From Eledone cirrhosa (taxonomy: Eukaryota), in NCBI GenBank assembly GCA_964016885.1, contig OZ024740.1, positions 189,906,001-189,970,000 of the forward strand: 64,000 bases of DNA. The letters are read 5' to 3'. The notes beneath the pieces are model-generated. The model saw nothing but the letters and a program-made list of their open reading frames with translations, was not told the origin of the DNA and ran no database searches. Made by a program: the position numbers and the translations under genes. Every line of letters begins with the position of its first letter. Position 1 is the stretch's first letter. Positions 40,279 through 53,358 of the stretch are shown here, piece by piece.

Positions 40279-40960
40279 GGAAAAAATGAGACGAAAGTTC
40301 ATTTCTCACTATTAGTACTGCTGTTACTTAAATATAAGTATGTATACGTACATACATATATGTATACAGACGTACAATAGTATGTATATATATATACATA
40401 CATGAACATATATATATATGTACGTATGGATTTACCGAACATTTATTATAATGCTCTGTTTGTTTATAAACAAACATCCCGGATTAAGCCGTATAGTGTT
40501 TAGCAACCATCATTGCCCTTTTGTTCAACACTGACAAATGAACTATGTACTAGTTTCAAGCTTATTAGCTATCGTCAGCACCGTATACCTTCCTCCCAGA
40601 TGATTGAACGTCTGAAAGTATATACTTTCCTTATGCATAATAACGGCTGAGCAGCCTATAATATGCATAAGGAAAGTATATACTTTCAGACATTCAATCA
40701 TCTTGCAGAAGGTGCTGACGATACCTAATAAGCTTGAAACTAGTACATCGTTACTTTGTCAGTGTTGAACAAACGAGCAATGATGGTTGCTAAACACTGT
40801 ACGGCTTAATCCGGGATGTTTCTTTACAAACAAACCGAGCATTATAATAAATGTTCGGTAAATCCATACGTACATATATATGTATATGTGTTCATGTATG
40901 AATATATATACATACTATTGTACGTGTGTATACATATATGTATGCACGTATACATACTTA
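40279..40960. mobile_element. Family D palindrome with HHRs on both strands
   Basis: Arms about 40335-40640 and 40660-40960. HHR minus about 40542-40584; plus CTGACGA 40715 and GAAACTAGTA 40736. Confidence 0.9.
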
Positions 40961-40976
40961 TATATATATATATATA

Positions 40977-41030
<54 letters not shown>

Positions 41031-42513
41031 GAGAGTGAGAGAAAGTGAATGAGAGTGAAAGAACGGGAGAGATAGAGAAAACGGTAATGGAGAGAGAAAG
41101 TGGGGGTGTGTGAAAATCATGATATGTCTTCTTGTGGAAACATTCATCTCATATGGATGGAAGGAATGGTGTCCAGTAATAGATTCGATAGTTCATATTT
41201 TATTCTTTGACCCAGTGTAACTTCGCTAGGTACGACTAAGCCAGACATTCTTATTTCATTTCTCTAACCCTAAATCTACCATCCCATGAAATTACCACAT
41301 GAAAAGGCTTCTAACTGAAACACGGCTAATGCTAACATATTTGTTGTAGTTTTCCTTTGTTTAAGAAATAATATTAGCGCATTCTGTAAGTCTTACAAAA
41401 AAAATAAAAAATGTAATCGAATATCTTATTCGGAGAGATATTCTAATATCCAATATTTTTAGTTAGTGATGGCACTGTTATTCCTTTCTCAAATGCAACC
41501 ACCATAATAAGACAAATGAACTGCATTGCTTATAAGAACATCAAATTGTAACGGAGAACATTGCCATGTTATAACAAACCATTCGTGAACGGTGAAAACT
41601 ATTGACCTGCACTTATTTAATATTCGTTTATAAAACTGTGAGTAAAATTACATGAAAATGAAAAGCTACTTTGTGTACATGAGATTCATTTCTTTCTTTT
41701 TAACTCTCTTTCTCTTTCTCCCATTCCTCTCTGTATATACACACACACGTACACACAACCCCCCCCCCCAACACACACGTATGGGAGGATGTATTTTTTA
41801 CGCGTGCCTGGGTACGTGCATGTTTGAAGATAACTAAATATTTAGATAGTAATGTATTAAATGCGTTGAATAAATATATATAAATCATTATATCTCGAAA
41901 TGTAAAATAGATAACCTCTCAACAAACGTGACAGCCAGATATATTATTTTCAATTTTTTTTATTTATAGTAGAATCTTTTACTTTGTACAAATACTATAT
42001 TTTCTATAAATGTTATTCGCTTACCAAGTGGAGTGGAACTCATTATATCTAAACAAGAAAATAATGTTTCCTCTGGGGTCACAATTGCTGATACTATCTA
42101 CCGTTCGCACACTTGGCAAAAAGAGCAGCGTAACACCAAGTAATTGTTCAAGAACATAACGCATCTTCCGTTTCAGCAATCAAGTTCACAACTTTACGTG
42201 TTGAGATATCTTACTAAAAGGTTCGTTCAGCAGCCGAATCATAATGAAAACCTAAAATAAGACATAGCCCCTTCATCATATCTACCTCATACCAAAGTGA
42301 CAATAATATAAACTTTCAGAGACTAAAAAAATTGCTATAATATGGCTTCATATCAAATTATATTAAAATCAGTAGATATATCTATATTAAAATTAACTTT
42401 AATCTTCCTAGAATTGTTGCGTTCACCGGACGGACCAGTGAAATGCATGTCTTCCAGCATGGTTTGCTAAGTTGTTGTGGAAGTAATTCTATCCCTCTCT
42501 CCCCCTTTATCTA

Positions 42514-42614
<101 letters not shown>

Positions 42615-42714
42615 TTCTCTCTCTCTTTGTGTATGTGCGTGTATGTCTGCTAGAATACAGTAGTGTGGCATTCTGCAATATAGTGTTTGTCGGAGAACAA
42701 CTTCTGTTAATTAA

Positions 42715-42900
42715 TAGCATGCCGTCCTCAAATTCAAAATGACTGATCAATCGCCCACCTGTCTTGATATGATTTCCAACCCTGCTGCTCATGTCAATGT
42801 TGTTTATGAAAATTATGAAAAGGAGTGGTGACAGAATGCACCATTGGCAGAGTCCGATACTCATATCGAATTTTTTCGACGTAGCACTATACATGCTAAC
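42715..42900 (-). mobile_element. LINE RT fragment (RTE-like)
   Basis: GLCQWCILSPLLFIIFIN...ISHFEFEDGMLL, a decayed QG.LSP / FADD region. Confidence 0.6.
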
Positions 42901-42999
42901 AAATACTAAAGCATGAATGAATAATTTCAGTTCATTCAATGTTTCTCGGTGCTATGTCACCGGTCTTCTTTGTAGTATTGAATTTAACAATAATGCTAA

Positions 43000-43125
43000 T
43001 AAGTGTTTCTACTTTAGGCAGAAGGCCAGCAATTTGAAGGGATGAGGAAGTCCATTAAATTGCCGCCAGTGCGTGACTGTTATTTTACTTTGTCGAACCC
43101 GTAAGGATGAAAGGTAAAGCTAACA
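43000..43125 (-). mobile_element. SINE partial copy
   Basis: GGCAGAAGGCCAGCAATT...GTCGAACCCGTAAGGATGAAAGGTAAAG. Confidence 0.7.
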
Positions 43126-43443
43126 TCGGAGGTGTGCGTGTGTATGACTGTTTGTGTGAGTGTGTGTGTGTGCCTGTGTGTGTGCGTGCGCATGATTGTA
43201 TGTATAGAGCAATGAAAATAAAACAAAAGCCGAATATAATATCATAGATTCCTGAGAATGACGATGAGATATATCGAGATAAGAAAGACGTGGTGGCATA
43301 ATCACTATCTATTAGTCAACATATTGATTTACCATAACATATCACCCCTCTGAAACGATCGTAGACCAATGAACTAATTTATAAACTTATCTTAGACTTT
43401 TGTTTTGTATTATTTGCATTGTTCAACACACACACACACACTA

Positions 43444-43558
<115 letters not shown>

Positions 43559-43671
43559 CTATAAATGTAAGCTGTCGCCGTATTTTGACTAAACATTTTA
43601 AAGAAAATTATTTAGCCTGTTAGTGCGGTTAAGAATCCTCGGAGAAGTGGAAAAAGATGAGTATTGACGTC

Positions 43672-43707
<36 letters not shown>

Positions 43708-43708
43708 T

Positions 43709-46700
43709 TATATCACATAAGAAACGGAGAATCAGTGTTGCTACGAATTAGAATTTAATAGACATATTACAATCATTTCCCTGGCGACCACCTCGAGGCA
43801 CGATCGATGCGATGATCGAACGTGACTCTGGAGTCGCAAGTTCTTCAGAAACGACGCCCTATTTACATCCGCTCGCTAAACTCTATCCAGCTAGAGTGTA
43901 TGCGGAAGCGCATCTCATACTTTTTTAAACAGCACGGCTTATCCGTGCTAATAGAAACTAGCACTAAGACGGTGAACTTGCTAGACGAATCCTTAGAACT
44001 GGAACTGGCCTACACCGGTCATATGACAAGCCCAACGAGAATCTGCAATACATAAACAGGCACTCAAACAACTCCAAGTATGATATAGACGCTATAGTCG
44101 AGGGGTTATCTAAGCGCGTGTCCACATTGTCCGCCAACGCGGATGTGTTCCAGCATAACGCCCACTACTATAACGAGGCACTGGGCAGGGTCGGTTAGAC
44201 AGAAGCCATAGTGTATACCCTGGACAAGGGCAGGCCTTATATCGAGGAACGCAAACGCTCGGATACCATTAGTACTAATATAGGCAATCAAACTAGCTGG
44301 GAGCACACACATAACGATAAGATTATTACGTACGAAAAGGAAGACACCACGACGGATAGACAGACGAGGGCGCATGGGAGCTCTGGGGTCCCAGCACATG
44401 CAGACTGAACCGTAACACCAGTGCAGACCACGACGGGGGAACCAATGATAGTAACGTAGTTAACGCAGGGCAGGATATAGAACACGTTAGAGAAAACATC
44501 TGGATAAGACACACTAACACAGATACGGCGGGATACTCGCATAAGAGGACTGGGATGAAAACTTGGGCCAGTAGACATGTCCAGAACAACAAAGTAAGTG
44601 AATGCCTTTCTCCCGACATAAATAATACTTCTAAGCATAGTGATAGCATAGGCGCTGAAATAGGAGAAAAGCGAAACCTGGGAAACCAATATGACACTGC
44701 ATACATTACTAGTAGCAGACGACGGAATAAGAATAGGTCTAGAAACATAACGTGGTTCAATGCACCATATTCGAAGCATGTATGCACCAACGTGCCGGGC
44801 CTCTTCTTCAGGGCATTATATGAGTGTGTCCCGGCATTGCGCATATACCACAAAATATTCAACCAGCACACCATGAAGTTCTCCTTTTCCACAGCACCCA
44901 ACATAGCAGACTACATGGCCAAGGCCAACGCGGTGAAAATGAGAACACCCCAACGCCAAACATTACAGGCCACCGTCACCTCTGGGGGCACACGGGGACG
45001 GGGTCAGTGGTTTCAGCGAATGTACCCGGGGGCGGTGCCGTGGCCGTAGGGGACGCAACACTTGGCAACGGAGACCCGCTGGTGGTCAACACTGAGTCCA
45101 CCACTCTGCCGGAACACCACAGGAGGACTGGGGCGAACCCCAGTAAGACGTCACACCCACATAAACGGGACTGACAAAAATGAAGCACGGAGAGCTGTGC
45201 CTGACAAAGGGCGTTGACTACATATTTGTGGTTACCACGCACAATAATAGGCACACCTACATCGGGAAACATCCACGACTTTTAAATCGAGGATGTAAAA
45301 ACCACAAGAACTCGTTCAAAGACAGGAACAAGAGACACACCAACAGACTTGCGGACCTAATATGGGGTCTCAAAGACAATGGCACGGCGTTTGACCTTAG
45401 CTGGAGTATCGTCAAGCGCGCGAATGCGTATTCGGCTGACGAGGTGAGGTGCAGGTTGTACCTGTCAGAGGCTATGTAGAGAGTAAAACTAAAGGGCGAC
45501 GCAGTCAACCTCAAATCTGAAAACATCATGGCCTGCAGACACCAACGTAAATGGACACTCTCCGCTTTAGTGATACCGGTTGGGTCTAACTAAGGCCCTA
45601 TCGGTACGACGATGCCAGCATGCGACAGCATACCAATGAATGCTCGGTGTATCACGCGGAAATCAACGTCAGATCCAATGATACATACCTCGTTACGTAC
45701 CTTGGATACCACCGGCTCACCAACATGGGGAAGGCGATTCAATCTAAGTCTGATTATGTTTTCAACCTTATCTGTGGATTTTAATTTTAAATTTTTAATT
45801 TTTAATTTTTAATTTTAATGTTGGACTTGATGTTGGAATTAAGGTTAATGTTGAGGTTAATTCTAACTTCGGTTGCCGTTGCCATATGCATGCCTACACC
45901 ACAATACGCTGGTATATTCCATGTATGCATCAATTGCATGTACATTTCATATATACTGTTATGAAAAGGATAGTCTGCACATTCCCGATATATATATATA
46001 CCTTGTTTGTCTATACTTAGACGGTTCCCAGTGTTCACCTGTCACACGTGCATAGTTGATGTGCAGGTTCTTACCCAGTCCCTTGGATCCTCAGTCTTTA
46101 TGTATCTTATGTAACTTTATGCATCACAGTAGTTATGTATTTTATGTAACTTTATGCATATCCCATTAATATCTTGGATCTTTTTCACGTATACATTTTC
46201 TTCACGTATTTTCTGTACGTACACGCATTCATATATGTACCTCCCATGTTATTTGTCATTAATATGTGGTTCCTACGTAATTCTTACATTTATGCATATT
46301 ATGCATGCACTTTCGGGCATATATAGCCTTATGAATGTATTGGATTCCACGTCTCACGAAGTTTTTTCATATAATGTTTTATGCGTCCAGTGTACATTAT
46401 GGTGTGTATGTAGATATGTAGGTACTCGTCAAGTATGTGTTTTTTAGGATGTATACGCATAACCATGTGAATGCGTATGCGTGGGTATATATATATGTGA
46501 ATATACATATATATATACATGCATGTGTATATGTATGTGTAGGTGTTTGTATATGTATATTTTCCGTTTTTTTCATGTGTATATATGTGCATGCATATGT
46601 ATTTTTTCAAATATATATGTGTTTTAAGTATACATGCTTACCTGAGTACTGTATGTATATATATTTGTTAGAAATACTTTTGAAATAACTTTTTGAGAGA

Positions 46701-47609
46701 CTCTTTTAAGCGTTTTCTTTTATGTTTTTTAAAATGTGTTTCCAAGGGTTTTTCTGAGGGTTTTTCTAAGGGTTTTTTCCAAGGGTGTTTTACTAAGTAT
46801 ACATTGTACCCTTCAATATGCACTATATATATACGCCTCTATCTCTCTCTCTATATATATATGTGTATGTGCGTGTATATTTATATGTATGGAGATATAT
46901 ATATATGTTTATAATTTTTACTGATATAGGCATCTCTCCAAGTATATGTACAACATGTTCTTCCATGTTTTTCTAAGTGTTTTTCGTTTTTTTCTCCCTA
47001 GTATTCGCTGCACATTTCATATTTACTGTCATTTTCCTATATGATACAGTTGCGGGTGTGTGTACACGACCCCATATGTATTGCGCTTGCGTGCACTATG
47101 GTTACGTGTGTGGGTGTCCACAGGCCGAGACGGCTGTGGAAGTGCGCGGGCCCTTCACTCATACAACCCCTTACCTTCTACAGCAGCGATTCTGCTAAAA
47201 GTACCAACTTTGATTGACAGGTGACATATGAATGGAACGAGAAAAATGGACGGCCATGAGTGGTCAGAATACCGATGACGTGTACAATTCTTGACCTTTC
47301 ATCGACCGACAAGAACAGGATAGAAGCTGGCGAACGAAGTCAGTCGAGATAAACGGGACACTTGGAAGCTATTTTTCGAGATATTGAGACGTATCTAAAG
47401 AACTTGCGATTTTAGAGTCAGGTTCGATCATCGCCTCTATCGTACCACGAACTGGTGGTTGGAGAAACGATTGTAATATGTCTAACAAATTATAATTCGT
47501 GGCAACACTAATTCTCCGTTTCTTATGTCATATTATACTCTGATCTGTAAGAGCATCGAGTGCTCAAACGGCACACCGCATACGGACGGTTTAAGCATAC
47601 CACACCAAA
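43709..47609 (+). mobile_element. 5'-truncated Naiad-type PLE with 5' inverted pLTR, 3' region of about 2 kb and tail
   Basis: FFKQHGLSV.IE...VNLLD, KPNENLQYINRHSN, RNITWFNAPYS...HKIFNQHTMKFSFS, CLTKGVDY...TYIG...NHKNSF...LIWGLK...WSI...CRL...CRHQRKW. 43709-43845 is an inverted copy of 47398-47534. TA-flanked. Confidence 0.9.
47262..47486 (+). ncRNA. Decayed hammerhead with helix II region of about 185 nt in the Naiad pLTR
   Basis: GGTCAGAATA-CCGATGA(47272)...GAAAC-GATT-GTA(47464-47475)-ATATGTCTAAC. Confidence 0.45.
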
Positions 47610-47622
47610 TATATATATATAT

Positions 47623-48468
47623 ATACAAATGAATATATGATAGGGATAAACACTGATACAAGTATACATGTGTTCGTATTGCAAATGGCCAATTTAGCTA
47701 GATTGAAAAATACTAATTAAAATAATACGGTTTGCCTGTCTCGATTTAAAATAATAAATCAATAAAATCAAACCTATATTGGCAATAGCCGTGATACCTG
47801 GACACATTTTAATTTTAAATTTCAAATTTGTTTCGCAACAATTAAGTGAAAGTTCCTATTTCTGTGCTCTTCTGCAGGTATCCAGAAATTTCATAAGTTT
47901 CACTTCATAATACTTAAGAAGACTGAGAGAAATGTGTTTTTTAACGGACATTTGTCACAGTGTCTAGCACGTCCTATACTCGTGCCACTAAAAAATAGCA
48001 GCCGGTTTTATGGAACTAAATATTGGCTCAACGCATGGAGCCAATAATATTATAAATAGCTCAAAGAAAGGAATATTTCTGAGCCGTGTAATACAAATGA
48101 ATATATGATAGGGATAAACACTGATACAAGTATACATATGTTCGCATTGCAAAGAGCAGAGAAATAGGAACATTCACTTGATTGTTGCGAAACAAATTTG
48201 AAATTTAAAATTTAAATTTGTCCAGGTATCACGGCTATTGCCAATATAGGTTTGTTTTTATTGATTTATTATTTTAAATCGAGACAGGCAAACCGTATTA
48301 TTTTAATTAGTATTTTTCAATATTGCTAACTTGGTGATTTGCAATGCGAACACATGAATACTTGTATCAGTGTTTATCCCTATCATATATTAATTTGTAT
48401 TACACGGCTCAGAAATATTCCTTTCTTTGAGCTATTTAATTGTAAAAGACTATTTGAGTTTATAACTC
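47623..48468. mobile_element. Family K: tandem monomer of about 468 bp plus inverted arm
   Basis: CAAATGAATATATGATAGGGATAAACACTG at 47626 and 48094. 48152-48437 is an inverted copy. TA-flanked. No canonical HHR seen. Confidence 0.8.
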
Positions 48469-48523
<55 letters not shown>

Positions 48524-48742
48524 CATATCCATAGATATAAATCTTTCGCTTGATTGGAGTCTTTGATAGAAACTTATGCGGTGAAAGATTATTACAGAAT
48601 CTATAACACACCGCACAATCTCGTTGAAATCATCTCTTCAGGAATTCATGGAGATCTAACAACGTTATCACCCCCTTCCTTCCATAAATATGTATATATA
48701 CCGATATCTACTTGTTTATGGAGGGAAGGGGATGATATATAC

Positions 48743-48787
<45 letters not shown>

Positions 48788-48857
48788 TGTGCGTGTGTGC
48801 GGTTCATCTTATCTAAATATAACAACATCATTTATTTAAAAAGCTTCATTGTAAATA

Positions 48858-49047
48858 TAATTGTTTCTACTTTTGGCACAAGGCCAGCAATTACCCAGTT
48901 CATTACTAGTACTTTATTTTATCGACCCCGTAAGGATGAAAGGCAAAGTTAACCCCGACGGGCTTTGAACTCAGACCGTAAAGGGACGTAACTATGCTGG
49001 AAAGCATGGTGTCCGACCATCTATCGATACTGCCAATTCACCGCCCT
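48858..49047 (-). mobile_element. SINE copy
   Basis: Reverse complement of the SINE consensus including the tRNA-like head. Confidence 0.85.
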
Positions 49048-49814
49048 AAAAAGCTCACTGTAAATATAATGAAGTGTAAATGCTTTCCACTGTTTCTGTG
49101 TACCCCACCCCCAAGAGAATAACTTTATACATTTTGGAGAGAATTAACTCTTCATCAAGAGATAACTACGTCCATAGAGGAAACGTGTTAATAGCAACGG
49201 AATGCATATATATCAGGTTATAGAATACAGCTGAAATAACTTGTCTAATTGAATTTATTAAAGGGAAAAGAGACTTAAATATTACTAGATTAACTATACA
49301 ACATAGTAATATTTGAAATTATATTAACATTAATGTTGATAAATAGAAGGGAAATTGTGTGAACTTAAATATTACATTAATGTATCGCAGAATATCTCTG
49401 AAGATACAATATTATATACAAAACCTTTTAAGCGTTAATGAAAAGTAGGGAGTCAATCTAAACATTACAGAGTAGTAATAAGGATGCACCATGTCAGTGC
49501 AAAAGGAATTGTTTGAATTACTCTAAAGAGGAATATTTAAGTTCACAAGTTACAGGCATTAAATTAAATGTAAAATTTCAGGAAATCTTTGCTGTAGCAT
49601 CTCAAATATACATATTATACAGATTAATTTGGATAGTAATGATTAGTTTATTGAGAATCACTTTTGGCAATTAAGTGTATAAACGGTTGAGTGTGAATAT
49701 TTTGTGAGTGAGAACCGAACATCAGTTTTGAATGAACAGACAATGTTTAAAATTTAAATAAAATGTCCATATCATCATATAGCGTAATTGAGATAACAAA
49801 TATCACACAAAAAT

Positions 49815-50577
49815 TAAACGATAAATGGGATAGAATGAAACGAAATTTCATGTTTTGAACGAAATTTCATGCGTTGAACAAAAAGGTGACGTGGTTGCCT
49901 AAACACTGTACGGCGTAATTCGGGCTGTTTGTTTGTATACAAACAAACAAACCGAGCATTATAATAAATGTTCGGTAAACCGATACGTGCATATATATAT
50001 ATGTGCATGTATGTGTATATATACATACTACTGTACGTCTGTATACATATATGTATGTACGTACACATACATACTTACATTTAAGTAAGTGCCGTATTAA
50101 GATTGAGAAATGAAATTTCGTTTCATTCTATTCCATTTATCGTTTTCAGTGTACCCGGCCGACTGAACTCACTCGATATGCAAATTAGGCTGCTCGGCCG
50201 TTAATATGCATGGGGAGAGTATATACTTTCAGACGTTCAACCATCTGGCAGGAAGGTATACGATGCTGACGATAGCTAATAAGCTTGAAACTAGTACATC
50301 GTTCCTGTGTCAGTGTTGAACAAAAAGGTGCCGTGGTTGCTTAAACACTGCCCGGCGTATTCGAGCTGTTTGTTTGTTTACAAACAAACAAACCGAGCAT
50401 TATAATAAATGTTCGGTAAACCGATACGTGCATATATATATGTGTGCATGTATGTATATATATACATACTACTGTACGTCGGTATACATATAAGTATGTA
50501 CGTATACATACATACTTACATTTAAGTAAGTGCCGTATTAAGAGTGAGAAATGAAATTTCGTTTTATTCTATTCCAA
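49815..50577 (+). mobile_element. Family D tandem (1.6 copies of a 442-bp monomer), retrozyme-like
   Basis: GTTGAACAAAAAGGTG at 49873 and 50315. Short inverted 5' piece 49815-49850. Non-coding. Confidence 0.85.
50260..50302 (+). ncRNA. Minimal type I hammerhead ribozyme, family D
   Basis: ACGATG-CTGACGA-T-AGCT(AATA)AGCT-T-GAAA-CTAG-TA-CATCGT, with palindromic ACTAGT. Confidence 0.85.
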
Positions 50578-50906
50578 TATATAATTATATATCTATATAT
50601 TAAAATAACAGATTAAAGTTTAAGCAAAGAATCGCTGCTTTCATCCTTAACGGGGTCTTCTGAAACTAAAAACATCAATCTGTGAACGCTGAAGTAAATA
50701 TTTCGAAAAACGTTGCAACCGAAGGAAAACAGGAAGACAATAATTTGTTTCGTGAATACATTCCCTGGCAATGACGGAAAATAGCGAACATAATACGTCA
50801 GCAATGAGAATAATATATATATACACACACTATACATACATATATACACACATACACATATAGTGAAGTCATAATGTCGTAATGCAGACATCTAGACATA
50901 CAAACA

Positions 50907-51725
50907 TCTATATATATAAAACTGTGGTTGTCTGTCTGTCTATCGATTTTTGGCACACATCTCCTCTTAGAATCTCTGACAGAATTGCACCGAAATTGCT
51001 ATACTTGTACATTGAGCCCTAGCGAAGACATCGGAAAAAAATATTTCAAATTGATCCGCCCTATCTGACGAAATCGAATATAATGTATCGATTTTTGAGC
51101 GTAAGTTATCAGTTATTTCCCTTTGTTCTGTTTACATTGAGCGTCTTACGTAAAAAATTACGCTGGCTTTCTCAGCGTTTACAATGACATTAACACAATA
51201 CACGAACAGTTGCTTCATTTCCATTTAAAAACCTTTTAAAACAATATTTTTACTTGAAAACAAGTCTATTTAAAGATTACGTAAAACAAGCAAATATTTC
51301 TAAAAAAAAAGCAAAAATTATATAAGTTTATTTAAAATATATGTATCTGTAAATTTCGTTAGGCGTGCAGACAGACAGTCGTGCAGAGAGGTGATATAGG
51401 CGTGCAGACAGACATAACTGATAATTTGGTCACGCTAATGTTTTTCTCTGCGTTGCAGTGTTTACATTTTCGATCTTTGTTAATAAATAACCATAACCAG
51501 TGCAGTTTTTATCCCCAGCATCCTCTTTTGTTATAACATTCGGGTTATCGTTATGTTTTCTTAACTTCATAAGGCATATTGTTGGTTGAGGGAATATTAA
51601 TCAAAAACACCACATGCAAGTCTGCACAGTAGACACTACAGTTTTTAAGCCAAAAAAGAAACTTAACATTGTAACTTTAACACAGCTACTGAGCGACCCC
51701 GAGCAACGCCGGGCTTTACTGCTAG
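50907..51725 (+). mobile_element. Non-autonomous Helitron
   Basis: 5' TC, 3' hairpin CCCGAGCAACGCCGGG followed by CTAG, inserted between A and T with no TSD. Second copy at 58405-59267. Confidence 0.9.
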
Positions 51726-51789
51726 TATATTATAAGGGCGCAACGTTATATCTATGCATCTATCTAAAAAGAAAGACTAACAATTATAG

Positions 51790-51978
51790 AGAGAGATCGC
51801 TAAATCACCTAATGCGGTCCCTAGGGCATTGACAATTTGAAATTTCCTTTGCTCAAAACACTCGCAGGACCATTATTATTACATGTGTAAAGTTTAAAAA
51901 CAATCGGTTGGGTGGTTCTCGATGTTTAGGGAGTCAGACATACAGACTGACAGACATTCTCTGTTTTAGATATATAGA
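51790..51978 (-). mobile_element. 5' fragment of a second Helitron family
   Basis: Minus strand A|TCTATATATCTAAAACAGAGAATGTCTGTC... Confidence 0.5.
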
Positions 51979-53097
51979 TGGAATAAGTCCAAATTGCATA
52001 TATGGAGAGGGGTACTGTATTATCTAATATAACATTACTCGGCTAATTAGGTAGCATTTTCAGGTTTTGTGGCACATAATTAACTTTGCAAAATGAGTTT
52101 CACTATTATGGATAGGTTACTTAGATATTCAACCAATTCTAATTGTAATGTGGCCATGTTATGATATTACTTATAAAATTGTAATTTGCATTTTATTGTA
52201 TGAAAAAAAGTAAAACATTCTCTGCTTCCATGTTAACTATCGATCTGTAACTTCTTGGTTACACGCAAGTTGCAATTACTGCTGTTGTCGATATATGCCT
52301 ACGCTGTTGCGACTAAGCTTCACATACCAATATATTTAGACAGCAAGGTGGAGGCAATTTCGTTCTTATTCTTGAACCAGCAAGGATATGTCATGCTGAT
52401 GTCAAACGTATGGACTAATTATATTTTGAATATCCTGAGTTTTTCAGAAATTAGACATTTAAAATTGTAATTTTTGATTTTAATTACTCTCCTTTCAATT
52501 ACTTCCTTCTCGTGTTTCATCCTGATAGTAGACATTTGTATTATTTCCTTTTATTCATGTTTATTTAATCCCATTTATGGCTATTTTATATTGTAAAACA
52601 TAAGTCATCTCAACTCGTAAAAAAAAAAAAAAAAAAAAAAAGAAGCAAACAAAAGAAATTCAGATATACATTTAATTTCTCCTCTTTAATAACCATTTTA
52701 ATGTATACATTTAATGTTTAGTATTTTGCCTGGTAGTACTTTAATGATTTTCTTTTAATTACTCACGTTTAATAATTTCAACTTTCAAGCGCGGATCATT
52801 CGTTGGAAATATTAAGCACGGATATTTCATCGTCCCAGTTTTCAACTCCAATTACTTCCGCCAAACTAACTATTTTACATAATGTAGTAAATTAACTCTC
52901 TTAATTTCAGTTTATTTTCACACATACATAATCAATATGTGAGGGAAAAGTGAGCTGATTCCACGAACGAGATAGAGGCCTCCTCTCGCGATATTGAATG
53001 TCATTTTTAAGTAGTTGTATATTCCGGAAAACTTGCTGTATGAAGGATCTCAACAAGCATGTTTAATTATAAACACAATATACATAATTCTATATCC

Positions 53098-53358
<261 letters not shown>

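Noticed and set aside
45590-47300. SECIS candidates (ATGA at about 45636 and 47228)
   Set aside because: Helix II pairing or apical AA spacing is inadequate by eye. SECISearch is needed.
47850-47885. Strong splice acceptors (also 3912-3935 and 36030-36051) as host exons
   Set aside because: Two lie inside repeats, and I found no coherent exon, donor or reading frame downstream.
51614-51832. Identical N-terminal ORF also at 58214-58516
   Set aside because: It lies in the duplicated Helitron 3' end and diverges at the CTAG terminus, so there is no coding evidence.
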